From NCBI GenBank assembly GCA_040386535.1, contig JAZKFH010000084.1:9191-73190 (forward strand): a DNA stretch of 64,000 nt, given 5' to 3'. Shown in pieces: positions 17,083 through 27,047 of this stretch (position 1 is the stretch's first letter; each line of letters starts with the position of its first letter). The position numbers and the translations under genes were made by a program. The notes beneath the pieces were generated by a model, which saw only the letters and a program-made list of their open reading frames with translations, was not told where the DNA came from and did not search any database. Source of the stretch: Myxococcota bacterium (GTDB lineage Bacteria > Myxococcota_A > UBA796 > SXON01).

Positions 17083-18345
17083 CTACGCCGCCGCCGCCGC
17101 CGCCGCGTTGCCCGCCTCCAGCACACGCCGCGCCTCCGCCCCGCGCCCAAGCGGCACGAGGAGCTCGATGGGCACGTACGGACCGGAGATGTGGACGAGC
17201 TGACGGAACCGCAGGCCGCGCACCCGCGTCGGGATGCCGGCCTGTTCGAGCGCGCGGAGCGCGGGCGGAACGGCGTAGACGCGGTGGAGCTGCCAGGCGA
17301 CCTCGATGTCGCCAAAGGCGCGGCGGGCCTGCCACTCGACGTGAAGGTCCCAGGCGTGGGCGCACACGAGCGAGAGGGCCAGCACATCGAGGTAGCCGGC
17401 GCCGAACGCCTCGCTCGAGGTAGCCCACGCCGCCCCTGTCGTGACCAGCACGGCGAACGGCAGGGTGCGCGCCAAGGAGGCTTCGGCCTCGTCCACGGTG
17501 CGGCCGGCCACGGGGGCGACGTTCCAGGGCAGGTGGAACAATATGGCGTACACGACGCTCCCCACCGCGACGAGCCCCACGGAGACGAGGGTGTGGACGG
17601 TGTCGGACCAGGGGGCGATATCGAGGATCAGGTGGGGCAGGGTGGGGAGGGCGACCAGCGCCACCGGCCCCAACCCCGATGAGAGGAGCGGGACCGCGCC
17701 GTCGCTCGACCACAACGTCGGGAGGCGCCACGTGCCGTACGCCACGAGCGCGAGCACGACGACGGCCGGCGCGAGGGCGGCCCGTTCGCGATCCTGGAAC
17801 AACGACGCCAGCTCGATCGCGGGCAACGCGGACTCCGCCAGCATCAGCCCGACGAGCACGGCAAACCCGTTTCCGAAGCCCCACCGATCGATGATACGCG
17901 CCCCGAACCAATACAGGCTGCTTCCGGCGGCCAACGTCACGATGGTGAGGATCCGGAAGTTCACTCCCGGGGACAACACGAGGTCGGTCGCGGACGGGGT
18001 CAGGACCTGCTCCAGGCTCAGCGCGATGGCGAACCCCTGGAAGCAGCACAACGCCGCCCACACCCACCGGGTGGCCTTCTCCAGTTGCGCTCGCTCCGCC
18101 GGCCCGCCGACCCGCAGCGCCCGCCAACGCGCCCGCGTCAGGGCGCCGAACTCCACGAAGAGGAAGCTGGTCATCCACGTCATCGGGCCGAGCACGGTCA
18201 CGGAAAATGCGTGTCCGCCCAGCTCGGCCACCGCCGGGGTGTCCAGCCCCGGCAACACCACCTGCCGCGCAGCCAGGAGCGCGGCGACCACGAGGAGGGT
18301 GACGAACACGCGGCGGGGAAGGTCGATCGACGCGGAGGGCGGCAT
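17083..18345 (-). CDS. Divergent SecY-like membrane protein with C-terminal DUF2007-like domain
   Basis: RRVFVTL..VVLPGLD, FSVTVLGPMTW, QLEKATRW, TLAAGS..WFGARIIDRWGFGNGFAVLV mirror SecY TM1-5; tail ALEQAGIP..IELLVP. Confidence 0.7.
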   Translation of the reverse strand: MPPSASIDLPRRVFVTLLVVAALLAARQVVLPGLDTPAVAELGGHAFSVTVLGPMTWMTSFLFVEFGALTRARWRALRVGGPAERAQLEKATRWVWAALCCFQGFAIALSLEQVLTPSATDLVLSPGVNFRILTIVTLAAGSSLYWFGARIIDRWGFGNGFAVLVGLMLAESALPAIELASLFQDRERAALAPAVVVLALVAYGTWRLPTLWSSDGAVPLLSSGLGPVALVALPTLPHLILDIAPWSDTVHTLVSVGLVAVGSVVYAILFHLPWNVAPVAGRTVDEAEASLARTLPFAVLVTTGAAWATSSEAFGAGYLDVLALSLVCAHAWDLHVEWQARRAFGDIEVAWQLHRVYAVPPALRALEQAGIPTRVRGLRFRQLVHISGPYVPIELLVPLGRGAEARRVLEAGNAAAAAAA

Positions 18346-18413
18346 GCGCGCGACCGTACGCGTTGGCAGGGAGCCACGCAAGCCTGCGCCAGGCACCAGG
18401 CCCTACCCCAGGC

Positions 18414-21400
18414 CTACCCCAACCCCTCGACCAACCGCGCCGCGAACCGCCCTGACAAGTGATCCCGCAGCAGGGACACGCCCTCGATCGTCCACTTCTC
18501 CTCGCGATCCTCGACCGCGCCGCGGAAGACGCGACGGGGCGGCGCGGCGAAGAAGTGGCGGCGGTGCGGCTCGGTGGGGCGGGGGGTGATCCAGGAGCGG
18601 GGCGGGCCGGGATCGTCGGGGTCGGCGGGCCGGGGCGTGGCCCAGGACTCGCGGGTGCCGGGGTGGACGAGGACACGCACGGCGCCGTCGCGGCCGGTCG
18701 TGGACACGAACCGATGCACGCCGGCCTCGCTGGCGAACAGGAGCGCGGCGGCGGGGCCGGTCACGAGGAGCTCGACGCCGACGCGCTCGCCGACACGATC
18801 GGGGAGCTTCGCACCGGGAAGGAAGAGCTCCAGCGCGCCGTCGTGGAGGTGGAGCGCGGCGGACTCGACCGTGATGCGCCAGCGCACGGCGAGCGCGCGG
18901 TAGTGGGCCACCAGGTCGTCGACCGGGGCGGTGTCGAGCCCGTAGACGGCGACCACGGCGCTGCGGGCCTCGGGGTGCACGCGGTCGTAGAGGTCCTGGC
19001 ACGCGGAGAGCGCGGCGCGGTCGAGCGTGTCGAGGGGCCCGGCGAACCCGGCGGCGGTGGGGGGCGCCTCGCCGAGGGCGGCCACGCCGAGGTCCATCTC
19101 GAGCTGGAGCGCGTCGGCGGCGAGCGATTGGAGGCGCTCGAGCAGATCGCGGCCCAGCGAAGAGGCGCCGCCAGCTTCCGCGCGGCCCCCTCGCGCCTCG
19201 CGGCGCTCTTCTTCCCGACGCCGGTTGGCCTGCTCCGACGCGTCCAGCTCGGCGTAGGCCGATCCGTCGAGCACATTCGCGAGCGAACGGCGGCGGGCCT
19301 GTGCGAGCGCGTGCAGCGCGTCAAGCGCCGTGTCGCGCCCACGTTTGGACCCGCGGACGAGCTCGATGCGTAGGCCGTCCGCCACGCGCACGTCGGCGGG
19401 CATCGGGTCCTTCCACGCGTCCAGCGCCGCGGCGGTGGGCGCGGCGAGGTGGTCGTGCACGGCGCGGAGCAGCTGCCGCGCGCCCCAGGTGGGGTGGTAG
19501 CCGGCCGTCGCGAGGCGGGCGCGCGCGTCGGGCGTGACGGTGAAGGCGCGGCCGCGCAGCCCGGGCCGCTGGGCGAACGCGGCGAGCTCGCGGGTGAGCA
19601 CGCGCTCGACCGCCTCCGGGGTGAGCGGGGCGAAGGCGAGCACGCGGTCGATGCGGTTGAGCAGCTCGGGGCGGAGCCAGCCGCGCACGGCCTCCTGGAA
19701 GGCGGCGAGGCGGGTGGGGGCGGCGCCGTCGCGGTCGAAGCCGGTCGCCCCACGTTTGGCCTCGGCGCTCCCGACGTTCGAGGTCATCAGGATGACCGTG
19801 CTGCAGAAGTCGGCCGCGACCCCGCTCCCGTCGGTCAGGCGGCCCTCGCCGAGCACCTGGAGGAGGAGATCGAGCACGGCGGGATGCGCCTTCTCGAGCT
19901 CGTCGAGCAGGATCACGGCGAAGGGCTGCCGCCGCACGGCGCCGGTGAGCTGGCCGTCGCCCTCGGGGCCCTCGACCAGCCGGAGCACGGCCGCGGGGCT
20001 CGCGTACTCGCTCATGTCGAACCGGATCATGCGACGGGGATCGCCGAAGAGGAACGTCGCGAGCGCGCGCGCCATCTCGGTCTTTCCCACGCCGGTGGGG
20101 CCCACCAGCAGCATAGAGACGAGCGGCTTGCCCGCGCGCGCAACGTCGGCGGTGACGGTGGCGAGCGCGTCACACACGGCGGTGACCGCCTCGGGTTGGC
20201 CAAAGATGCGGGCGTCGAAGTGGGCGCGGATGGCGGGGTACGACAGCGGCGTGCGGGGATCGACCAGGGCGCGCGGCAGGCCGCTCTCGGCGCAGTAGCG
20301 ATCGAGCACGGCGTCGCGACCGAGCTCGACAACGGGGGCGCTCTGCCCGTCTGCCCCGTCCACGGAAGCCGCCGCCGCGGCGTCGGTCGCCAGCCCCTCC
20401 AAGAACCGGATGCTCCGCCCCGGAAAGCCCGAGTAGGGCGCGAACCGGCGCTGGAGGCGCAGGATTTCGCGGATGGCGTCGGGCCGGAACACCACGCCCA
20501 GCGCCCGCCCCCGCGCCGCGCCCCAGCGCGACACGATGTCCTCCAGGCGCGCGGTCGGCTCGGGGAAGGGGAGCCGCACGAGGCCGTCGAGCATGCCGGG
20601 GTAGCGCGCGTCGAGCCGCGCGAGCTCCTCGGGGGTGGCCTCGCCCAGGAGGCGCACGTCGCCACGCTGCACCGAGGGCGCGAGCGACTCGCCGATGCTG
20701 ATGCTGTTGCCCTCGTAGCGGCCGACCTCGAACAGCTCGGCGATCCGGCCCACATAGAGCCAGTCGCGGGACGCCGCGAGCTCGGTACTCAGGCGCGCGA
20801 GCGCGTCCTGCCAGCCGCCGCCCTCGGCGTCGAGCAGCCGCATGAGGAGCTGCGGGGCGGTAGTCTCGCGCACGGTCAGGTTGGCCTCGACCTCGGCCGC
20901 CCGCGACCGCACCAGCTCGCGCACGAGCGCGGTCTTGCCGACGCCGTGGGGGCCCACCACCACGACGCTCCGCCCGGCGCCCATCGCGCGCACCAGCGCG
21001 GCCAGCTCGGGCTCCAGCCCGTACGCCTCGACGGTCTGCAGCGGGGGCAACACGGTGTCGATCAGCCGCGCCTGCTGCTTCGCGCGGTCGCGCACCTCGT
21101 TGGCGGTGGGCAACGCGAGCGCCGTCGAGACGGGCTCCGCCGTGGCCGCGGTCACCGCGAGGAGCTCGACCAGCGCTTCGCCGTCGAGCGGCGCCTCGCG
21201 GGAGAGCAGGTGCAGCGTGATGCGGGCGCGCAGGCCCTCGCGGGCGGCCTCGGCGCTCTCCCCGGGCCAGGACAGCGCGAGCGAGGGCGCCACGGCGAGC
21301 AGGCCGGACATCGCCTGCAGGATCACGACGCGCACGCCGATCTCGATGGCGGGGCGCGTGCCCTTGATGCCGCGCACCTCCGGCAGCGTGACCAGCAGCG

Positions 21401-21626
21401 ACTCGGTGGTGTGGAGCGTGAGCGCCGGGAACGCCGCGAGCGCCTCGAGCACGCTGTCGCCCTTCCACAGGCCGTCCTGGAGCGCCTCGGCGAGGGCGGC
21501 GGCCACGGTCTCGACGGTGGCGGCCGGCCAGCCCAGCGAGGACCGCAGGAGCGGGCTTGCGACCGTGAGGCCCCCGGCGAGGGTGCGCTGGGTGATCCAG
21601 ACGGTGAGATCGCGCTGAAGGGACAT
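18414..21626 (-). CDS. ClpA/ClpB-like double AAA+ ATPase with C-terminal release-factor-like region
   Basis: NBD1 GPHGVGKT / LYVGRI; NBD2 GPTGVGKT, RFDMSEY, LLDELEKAHP; tail VTGPAAALLFASEAGVHRF. Confidence 0.88.
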   Translation of the reverse strand: MSLQRDLTVWITQRTLAGGLTVASPLLRSSLGWPAATVETVAAALAEALQDGLWKGDSVLEALAAFPALTLHTTESLLVTLPEVRGIKGTRPAIEIGVRVVILQAMSGLLAVAPSLALSWPGESAEAAREGLRARITLHLLSREAPLDGEALVELLAVTAATAEPVSTALALPTANEVRDRAKQQARLIDTVLPPLQTVEAYGLEPELAALVRAMGAGRSVVVVGPHGVGKTALVRELVRSRAAEVEANLTVRETTAPQLLMRLLDAEGGGWQDALARLSTELAASRDWLYVGRIAELFEVGRYEGNSISIGESLAPSVQRGDVRLLGEATPEELARLDARYPGMLDGLVRLPFPEPTARLEDIVSRWGAARGRALGVVFRPDAIREILRLQRRFAPYSGFPGRSIRFLEGLATDAAAAASVDGADGQSAPVVELGRDAVLDRYCAESGLPRALVDPRTPLSYPAIRAHFDARIFGQPEAVTAVCDALATVTADVARAGKPLVSMLLVGPTGVGKTEMARALATFLFGDPRRMIRFDMSEYASPAAVLRLVEGPEGDGQLTGAVRRQPFAVILLDELEKAHPAVLDLLLQVLGEGRLTDGSGVAADFCSTVILMTSNVGSAEAKRGATGFDRDGAAPTRLAAFQEAVRGWLRPELLNRIDRVLAFAPLTPEAVERVLTRELAAFAQRPGLRGRAFTVTPDARARLATAGYHPTWGARQLLRAVHDHLAAPTAAALDAWKDPMPADVRVADGLRIELVRGSKRGRDTALDALHALAQARRRSLANVLDGSAYAELDASEQANRRREEERREARGGRAEAGGASSLGRDLLERLQSLAADALQLEMDLGVAALGEAPPTAAGFAGPLDTLDRAALSACQDLYDRVHPEARSAVVAVYGLDTAPVDDLVAHYRALAVRWRITVESAALHLHDGALELFLPGAKLPDRVGERVGVELLVTGPAAALLFASEAGVHRFVSTTGRDGAVRVLVHPGTRESWATPRPADPDDPGPPRSWITPRPTEPHRRHFFAAPPRRVFRGAVEDREEKWTIEGVSLLRDHLSGRFAARLVEGLG

Positions 21627-21795
21627 GGCTCCGCGCGGTTCGGGGCGCGAAGGGCGTCTAACGCGGCGCGGTGCGGCCTCGTGAACGACCCCGGAGGTCG
21701 CGTTGCGCGCGTCCTGGGTAGGCGCCGGCGATCCCTTGACGATCGCCCCCCCTCGGCCTATCGTCCGGGCCGAAAAACGGGGATGTGGCAGACCG

Positions 21796-23544
21796 ATGCG
21801 GATCTCGAACCGGATCGCCGTCGCGCTCCCCCTGCTCGTCGTGGCCGTCCTCACCGCGATCGGCCTGCCCCACTGGGCGCTCTGGCGCGCCGAGATGTGG
21901 ACGTGGATGCTCGTCGGGCTGGAGTTCGACGGGCTGATGAAGAAGCTCGCGGAGGACTTCCACCCGCCCGGCTACTTCGTCCTGCTCTGGGCGCTCCTCG
22001 AGACCGACTACCCCGACTGGGTCCTCCGTTTCCCCTCGCTGCTCGGGATGGTGGGCACCGTCGGCCTCGCGGGCGTGGCGGCCCGGCGCTGGTTCGGGCA
22101 GGCCGAGGGCTTCTTCGCCGCGATGGCGCTGGCGCTCTCGCCGTTCGTGCTCGTCTACGGGGGCGTGGCCCGCGGCTACGCGTTGCTCGCGTTGGCCGCC
22201 GCCGGACTGCTCGTGTCGGGCGCGCAGATGGTCGAGGGCCACCGCGTCCGCGCCGCGGCCGTGGGGCTCCTCGTGTCGGGCACCGCGGCCATCTACATCC
22301 ACTACGCGGCGGGCGCGGCGCTCCTGGCGACCGTACTCGGCATCGCGGCCGGGCTCCGTGCGCGCCCCGACCGCGGGGCCGGGCGGTGGGTGTGGGCGGT
22401 GGGCGCGATGGCGGCCATCCCGGTCCTGTTCTCGCCCTGGCTGCTCGGCCCGATGCGCAACCAGCAGACGGACGTGTCGCCGCTGCCGCGCACCGTCAAC
22501 GTCCTCGGCTACCTCGTGTGGCCGGTGGGCCACCAGCAGCCCCTGGCGAACTGGGCCCTGCTCGCGATCGGCGTGCTGGGGGTGTTCCTCCTCGTGCGCC
22601 GCCGCACGCCCGCCGACCGTCTCCTGCTGGCCTGGCCCCTCGTGGGCGTCGTCATCCCGCTCGTGTTCTCCGATCGCAGCGATCTGCAGACCAAGTTCTA
22701 CGTCGAGTCGTGGTTCCTCCCCGCGTGGGGCGTGCTCGTGGGCGTCGGCACCGCCGCCATCGTGCGCCACCTCGCCTCGTTCCGTACGGGTGCGGCGGTG
22801 TTCGTGGTGGCGCTCGTGGCCTCGGCCGTGGGGCCCGTGGTGGCCCTCTGGAAGCTCCCGGCCGCGCCCTTCGAGGTGTGGAACGGCAGCAACGTGTACG
22901 ACGTTCGCCGCGAGGTGCGGCTGCTGCGCCAGGTGCTCCCCGACATCCCCGCCGGGTCGTTCCCGACCGAGCCGTTCTCCGTCTACGCCGCGTACATGGA
23001 CGAGGTGCCCACCACGAGCCGGTCGCCCCGCTGGATGTTCCGCCGGCGGGACGACGTGCTGATGCGCAGCGTCTACACCGCGCCCGAGCTCGCGCCGTGC
23101 ACGTTTCCGTATGCGTTCTACGTCACGCTGAGCGTGCCGGATCCCTACCAGTGCGACGCCCTCGTGCTCGGGATCCAGGCCGCGGCCGAGCGCGAGGCGT
23201 ACCCGCCGTTCGTCCTCGAGCTCGCCTCCCGCGCGTGGCTGCGTGGCAACCTGCAAGAGGCGGAGGCGCTCGCGACGCAGGCGGCGGCGATGCCGAACGG
23301 CTGGAGCGATCCGGCGGTGTTCCTGGCCCAGCTCTACGCCCAGAACGGCCAACCCCAGCTGGCCCTCGGCGCCATCGAGCAGGCCCTCGGCCAGGCCCGG
23401 ATCTGGAAGAACTACTTCGTCGCGAAGGAGCTGTTCGGCCTCGAGGCCGAGCTGTTGTACCAGCTGGGCCGCATCGACGAGGCCCAGGCGGCGGCGGCCT
23501 GCGCGAGCCCCTCGGCGCGCATCGAGGCGTGCCTGGCGGAGTAG
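21796..23544 (+). CDS. GT-C fold (family 39/ArnT-like) membrane glycosyltransferase with C-terminal TPR-like helices
   Basis: LWRAE, DFHPPGYF, LRFPS, ARGYAL, many TM helices. Confidence 0.8.
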   Translation: MRISNRIAVALPLLVVAVLTAIGLPHWALWRAEMWTWMLVGLEFDGLMKKLAEDFHPPGYFVLLWALLETDYPDWVLRFPSLLGMVGTVGLAGVAARRWFGQAEGFFAAMALALSPFVLVYGGVARGYALLALAAAGLLVSGAQMVEGHRVRAAAVGLLVSGTAAIYIHYAAGAALLATVLGIAAGLRARPDRGAGRWVWAVGAMAAIPVLFSPWLLGPMRNQQTDVSPLPRTVNVLGYLVWPVGHQQPLANWALLAIGVLGVFLLVRRRTPADRLLLAWPLVGVVIPLVFSDRSDLQTKFYVESWFLPAWGVLVGVGTAAIVRHLASFRTGAAVFVVALVASAVGPVVALWKLPAAPFEVWNGSNVYDVRREVRLLRQVLPDIPAGSFPTEPFSVYAAYMDEVPTTSRSPRWMFRRRDDVLMRSVYTAPELAPCTFPYAFYVTLSVPDPYQCDALVLGIQAAAEREAYPPFVLELASRAWLRGNLQEAEALATQAAAMPNGWSDPAVFLAQLYAQNGQPQLALGAIEQALGQARIWKNYFVAKELFGLEAELLYQLGRIDEAQAAAACASPSARIEACLAE

Positions 23545-23653
23545 GGGGGGCTTGGCGACGGAGTAGGACGGGCACGTCTACACCTGTCGCTCACGATGAC
23601 GACACGGATTGTGTCACGACGGGCTACGGTCCCCGCGCCACCCGGAACCCCGC

Positions 23654-24073
23654 ATGCATCGCCAGAACCTGATCGACTGGTACAACTCCTTCGCCACCGA
23701 GCGAGAGGCCTGCCTCGTGCATCTCGACACCATGTTCACCGAGGACGTGGTGTTCCGCGATCCGTTCCGGGACACCCGCGGCGTCCCCGCGTTCCGGGAG
23801 CTGTTCGTGCGCATGTTCCGGCGGTACCGCCACGTGCACTTCACCGGTTTCGTGCTCGAAGGGAACGAGGAGAAGTTCACCTTCACGTACCTGATGCACC
23901 TCCGCATGGCGGTCGGGCCGACGTTCGTGACGCCGATGGCGACCATCTGCACGGCGCGGGACGGCAAGATCTCCGAGGTGATCGACTACTACGACTTCGC
24001 GAGCGGCCTCGTGTCGCCGGTGCCGCTCCTCGCGAAGGCCTACCAGGCGTGCATCCGGGCGATCTTCCTGTAG
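23654..24073 (+). CDS. NTF2/SnoaL-like protein
   Basis: FTEDVVFRDPF..G; DGKISEVIDYYD. Confidence 0.85.
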   Translation: MHRQNLIDWYNSFATEREACLVHLDTMFTEDVVFRDPFRDTRGVPAFRELFVRMFRRYRHVHFTGFVLEGNEEKFTFTYLMHLRMAVGPTFVTPMATICTARDGKISEVIDYYDFASGLVSPVPLLAKAYQACIRAIFL

Positions 24074-24077
24074 GCGG

Positions 24078-24596
24078 TCAGCGGGGCGGCGCCTCCGCCT
24101 CGCACCGCTCCATCCACCCGCGCAGCACCGTCACCAGCTCCCGCCGGCTCGCCTCCGCCGGCCACGCGAGCGGCTCGGCCCGTTGTTTCGCCGCCTGGAT
24201 GGGCCACGTCGTCACGCGGGCGAGCGCGGCGCTCCGTTGTTTCGCGTCCACGGTCTCGGGCAACACCGTACCGCCGAACCACACCCGGGCGCCGGTGTCG
24301 GGAACGGTGAGCGGCGCGAGCACCAATGCACGGTCGTCCACCTGCCACACCACCTCCGCCGGCCAGCCTTCCACCAACAACACGGGCTGCGCGACCTGAC
24401 GGGGGCGGAGCAACGTGGCGTCGGCGTGCACGACCAGGGCGGTAGCCTCGGTGATGGCGCGGGTGTCGGCGCTCCATGTCCACGGATAGGGCGTGGCGAA
24501 TTGGATCGTGCGTTGGCACGCGATCGACTCGACGGGCAGCGGGTCGGCGGCCAGGGGCGCCGCGCTCGCCGCTGCCATCCACAACAAACCAATCAT
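24078..24596 (-). CDS. Hypothetical secreted protein, translationally coupled to upstream hydrolase
   Basis: ATGA overlap at 24593-24596; signal peptide. Confidence 0.75.
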   Translation of the reverse strand: MIGLLWMAAASAAPLAADPLPVESIACQRTIQFATPYPWTWSADTRAITEATALVVHADATLLRPRQVAQPVLLVEGWPAEVVWQVDDRALVLAPLTVPDTGARVWFGGTVLPETVDAKQRSAALARVTTWPIQAAKQRAEPLAWPAEASRRELVTVLRGWMERCEAEAPPR

Positions 24597-26860
24597 TGCA
24601 CCACCTCCACGTCGTCCAGCCCGATGCGCCCGAACGCGCTGTCGCCGTCTTGGCCGAAGTCCAGTTGGACGCTGCGTACGTCGGAGAGATCCAACGCGGT
24701 CGCCCCGGCCGTGAAGTCCACCAGCGGCAGGCGCACGGTGGAGAAGGCGTTGGCCCACCCGCGCCCATCGCCGTCGCCGCGCCGACCGTACGGCGGCGCG
24801 ATCGTCGCGTGCGGGCGGATCGAGCGGGTCACGGACACCCCGGCGCCGTCGGTCAGGGTGACCGAGAAGTCGAGCGGCCCGTCGAGCTCGATGGTGAGCG
24901 GGTTCCGGGTCTCCTGGCAGGCGCCGAGGGTGAGGAAGCGGCCGCCCCGCCAATCGCGCAGCAGCGTCGGGAGCTCGTAGCGGTAGTACGCGGGCGCGTC
25001 CCACTCGAACACGATGCCCTGGGCATCGTCGGCGGCCTCACCGGCCTGTGTCATCCCGTTCATCGGATCGTTGCCGGTCCACGTCAGCTGCGTGTCGGCG
25101 TCGTCCTGGAGGCCCTCGGAGGCGTTGGTGACATCGTAGATCACCGCGGCGTTGCTCGACGCCGATCCGAGGTCCCCGAACAGTTGGTAGTCGTCGATCA
25201 CCATCCCCTCGGCCGGGCGCCACGTGGAGAGCACCGTGGTGGTGAACGCCGTCGCGGGCAGGTTCATCGGGTCACGTTGGAGCAGGGCGCGCGCCGTCGC
25301 GTCGTCCTCCAGCCCCTCGGCCACGGCCGCGAGCAGGTACGCCTTTGCGATGCGCTGCGCGTCCTCCCGCTCGATCTGGTCGGGCCCCTGCCCGTCGTCG
25401 TACCCGCAACAGTTGAAGTCCTCGTGCGAGGCGCCGTACACGTAGGTCGACGAGCGCGTGCCCTGCGCGGCCTGGTACAACCGGAACGATTGGGCCTCGC
25501 TGAATTGGGTGCCACCGGTGACGTCGCCGTCGGAGCTGCCGGCGAGCAGGTGATAACGAACGTCGCCCGGGTCGGACATCGTCACCGAGTTGAACACGGT
25601 GGGCGCGATCGACACGAGCACGCGCACGTCGTCCGCGGTGAAGCCCTCGGGTACATCCCCGGTGCCGCCACCGCCCGCGAGCAGCCGGGTGTGCGCCCGC
25701 ACGATCCCTTCGCCGCCGCGGGAGTGGCCGATCCACGCGATGGTGTGGGGGTCCACCAGATCGACCAGCGCGCCGCCGCCCACCTGGTCCAGGTGTGTCA
25801 GGAACCAATCCGTGTTGGTCAGCGTGGTGGTCGACGCCGCCTCGATCCCCGGCATCGTCTCGTTCTCGTGGGACATCACCACGTAGCCCCAGCTCGCGAG
25901 GTGCTCGCCGAGGTAGTCGTACCAGGTGTGCTGGTGGCCGTTGCCGTGAGAGATCACCACCAGCGGCCGCGGGCCGAGCGCGGCGAGGTCGTCCGGCCAG
26001 TACACCCGCTGGCCGAGCCAGTCGCCGCCGGACACGTCCGCCTGGGACACGCCATGCGGGCCCGCCTCCGCGAGGTCGCCCGCCACGCGCAGGCCCGCGC
26101 CGTCCGCGCCCTGGTCGAGGCGGTCGCCGGGGGAGAACGTGGCGTCGCCGTCGACATCGAGCACCACGTCGTAAGCCGCGCCGAGCACGCCCGCGTCCGG
26201 CGCCACCGCCGGCCACACGGTCCGCCCCGCCGTGGCGAGCTCCGCGTCGTCGAGCGACAGCTCCTCCACCTCCCCGGTGACATCGACCAGCGCGCGATCC
26301 TCGCCCCACGCCTCCACGCTCCGGTGCGCCACCACCCACGCCTGGGCCGCGCCGACCCCGTCGGGTTGCGCGCGTTTGTCGAAGGCCACTTCCAGCGGCT
26401 CGCCGAGCGCGTACACGTCATCGAACCCGAAGCCCGGCGCCTCCTCCCGCGTGCGGCCGGCGAGCGGCGCGACCGGCACCACGCGCAGCGCGAGCGGCTG
26501 GGGCTCGCACCCCGTCACCGAGGCGGTCAGCGTCGCCTCTCCGACCGTGCTCCCCTCGATGTGGAGCGTGACCGGGAGCGCGTCGGTCGCGAACGGGAGA
26601 TCGAGCGGCGCGCCGTCCTTGTCCAGCACCGTGATGTCGCCGGTGCCGGCAATGGTCACCCGGGTCCCCTTCGCGGCGCCGGCGGGCGCCTCCAGCGTCA
26701 CCGGGCGCGTGCCGAGCAGGCGGCTGGTGCCGGACATCCCGGCGAACCGGCTCATCTCCACGGACACCGCCACCGAGGGGTCTGCCGCGCCGGTCGACCA
26801 CGCCAGGGCGCAGGCGGGGCGGTCGTCGCCGCACCCCGAGAGGAGCAGGAGCGTGCCCAT
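24593..26860 (-). CDS. Large lipoprotein with alpha/beta-hydrolase domain
   Basis: LSGC lipobox; PLVVISHGNG, LASWGYVV, GHSRGG nucleophile elbow. Confidence 0.82.
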   Translation of the reverse strand: MGTLLLLSGCGDDRPACALAWSTGAADPSVAVSVEMSRFAGMSGTSRLLGTRPVTLEAPAGAAKGTRVTIAGTGDITVLDKDGAPLDLPFATDALPVTLHIEGSTVGEATLTASVTGCEPQPLALRVVPVAPLAGRTREEAPGFGFDDVYALGEPLEVAFDKRAQPDGVGAAQAWVVAHRSVEAWGEDRALVDVTGEVEELSLDDAELATAGRTVWPAVAPDAGVLGAAYDVVLDVDGDATFSPGDRLDQGADGAGLRVAGDLAEAGPHGVSQADVSGGDWLGQRVYWPDDLAALGPRPLVVISHGNGHQHTWYDYLGEHLASWGYVVMSHENETMPGIEAASTTTLTNTDWFLTHLDQVGGGALVDLVDPHTIAWIGHSRGGEGIVRAHTRLLAGGGGTGDVPEGFTADDVRVLVSIAPTVFNSVTMSDPGDVRYHLLAGSSDGDVTGGTQFSEAQSFRLYQAAQGTRSSTYVYGASHEDFNCCGYDDGQGPDQIEREDAQRIAKAYLLAAVAEGLEDDATARALLQRDPMNLPATAFTTTVLSTWRPAEGMVIDDYQLFGDLGSASSNAAVIYDVTNASEGLQDDADTQLTWTGNDPMNGMTQAGEAADDAQGIVFEWDAPAYYRYELPTLLRDWRGGRFLTLGACQETRNPLTIELDGPLDFSVTLTDGAGVSVTRSIRPHATIAPPYGRRGDGDGRGWANAFSTVRLPLVDFTAGATALDLSDVRSVQLDFGQDGDSAFGRIGLDDVEVVQ

Positions 26861-27047
26861 GGAGAGCCGACGAGCGCGGGGAGCGGGCATGGGCGGGATG
26901 GTACGCGGGTGGGGGCGGGAGCGTCTATGGGGGAGGGCGGGCTCGTTGGGGCGAGCGACCCACGAGGACGCCCCCGCCGAGTCCGAGGGTAGATACGGGG
27001 GGGTGCCTATGTTGGTGCGGAGGGGGCGCTCCCCCCTGGAGGCATCG

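Noticed and set aside
19449..23672. Very long alternative ORFs (e.g. 19449-23672 +, 653-2416 +, 4132-6633 +)
   Set aside because: Shadow frames of real genes in high-GC DNA; no family motifs
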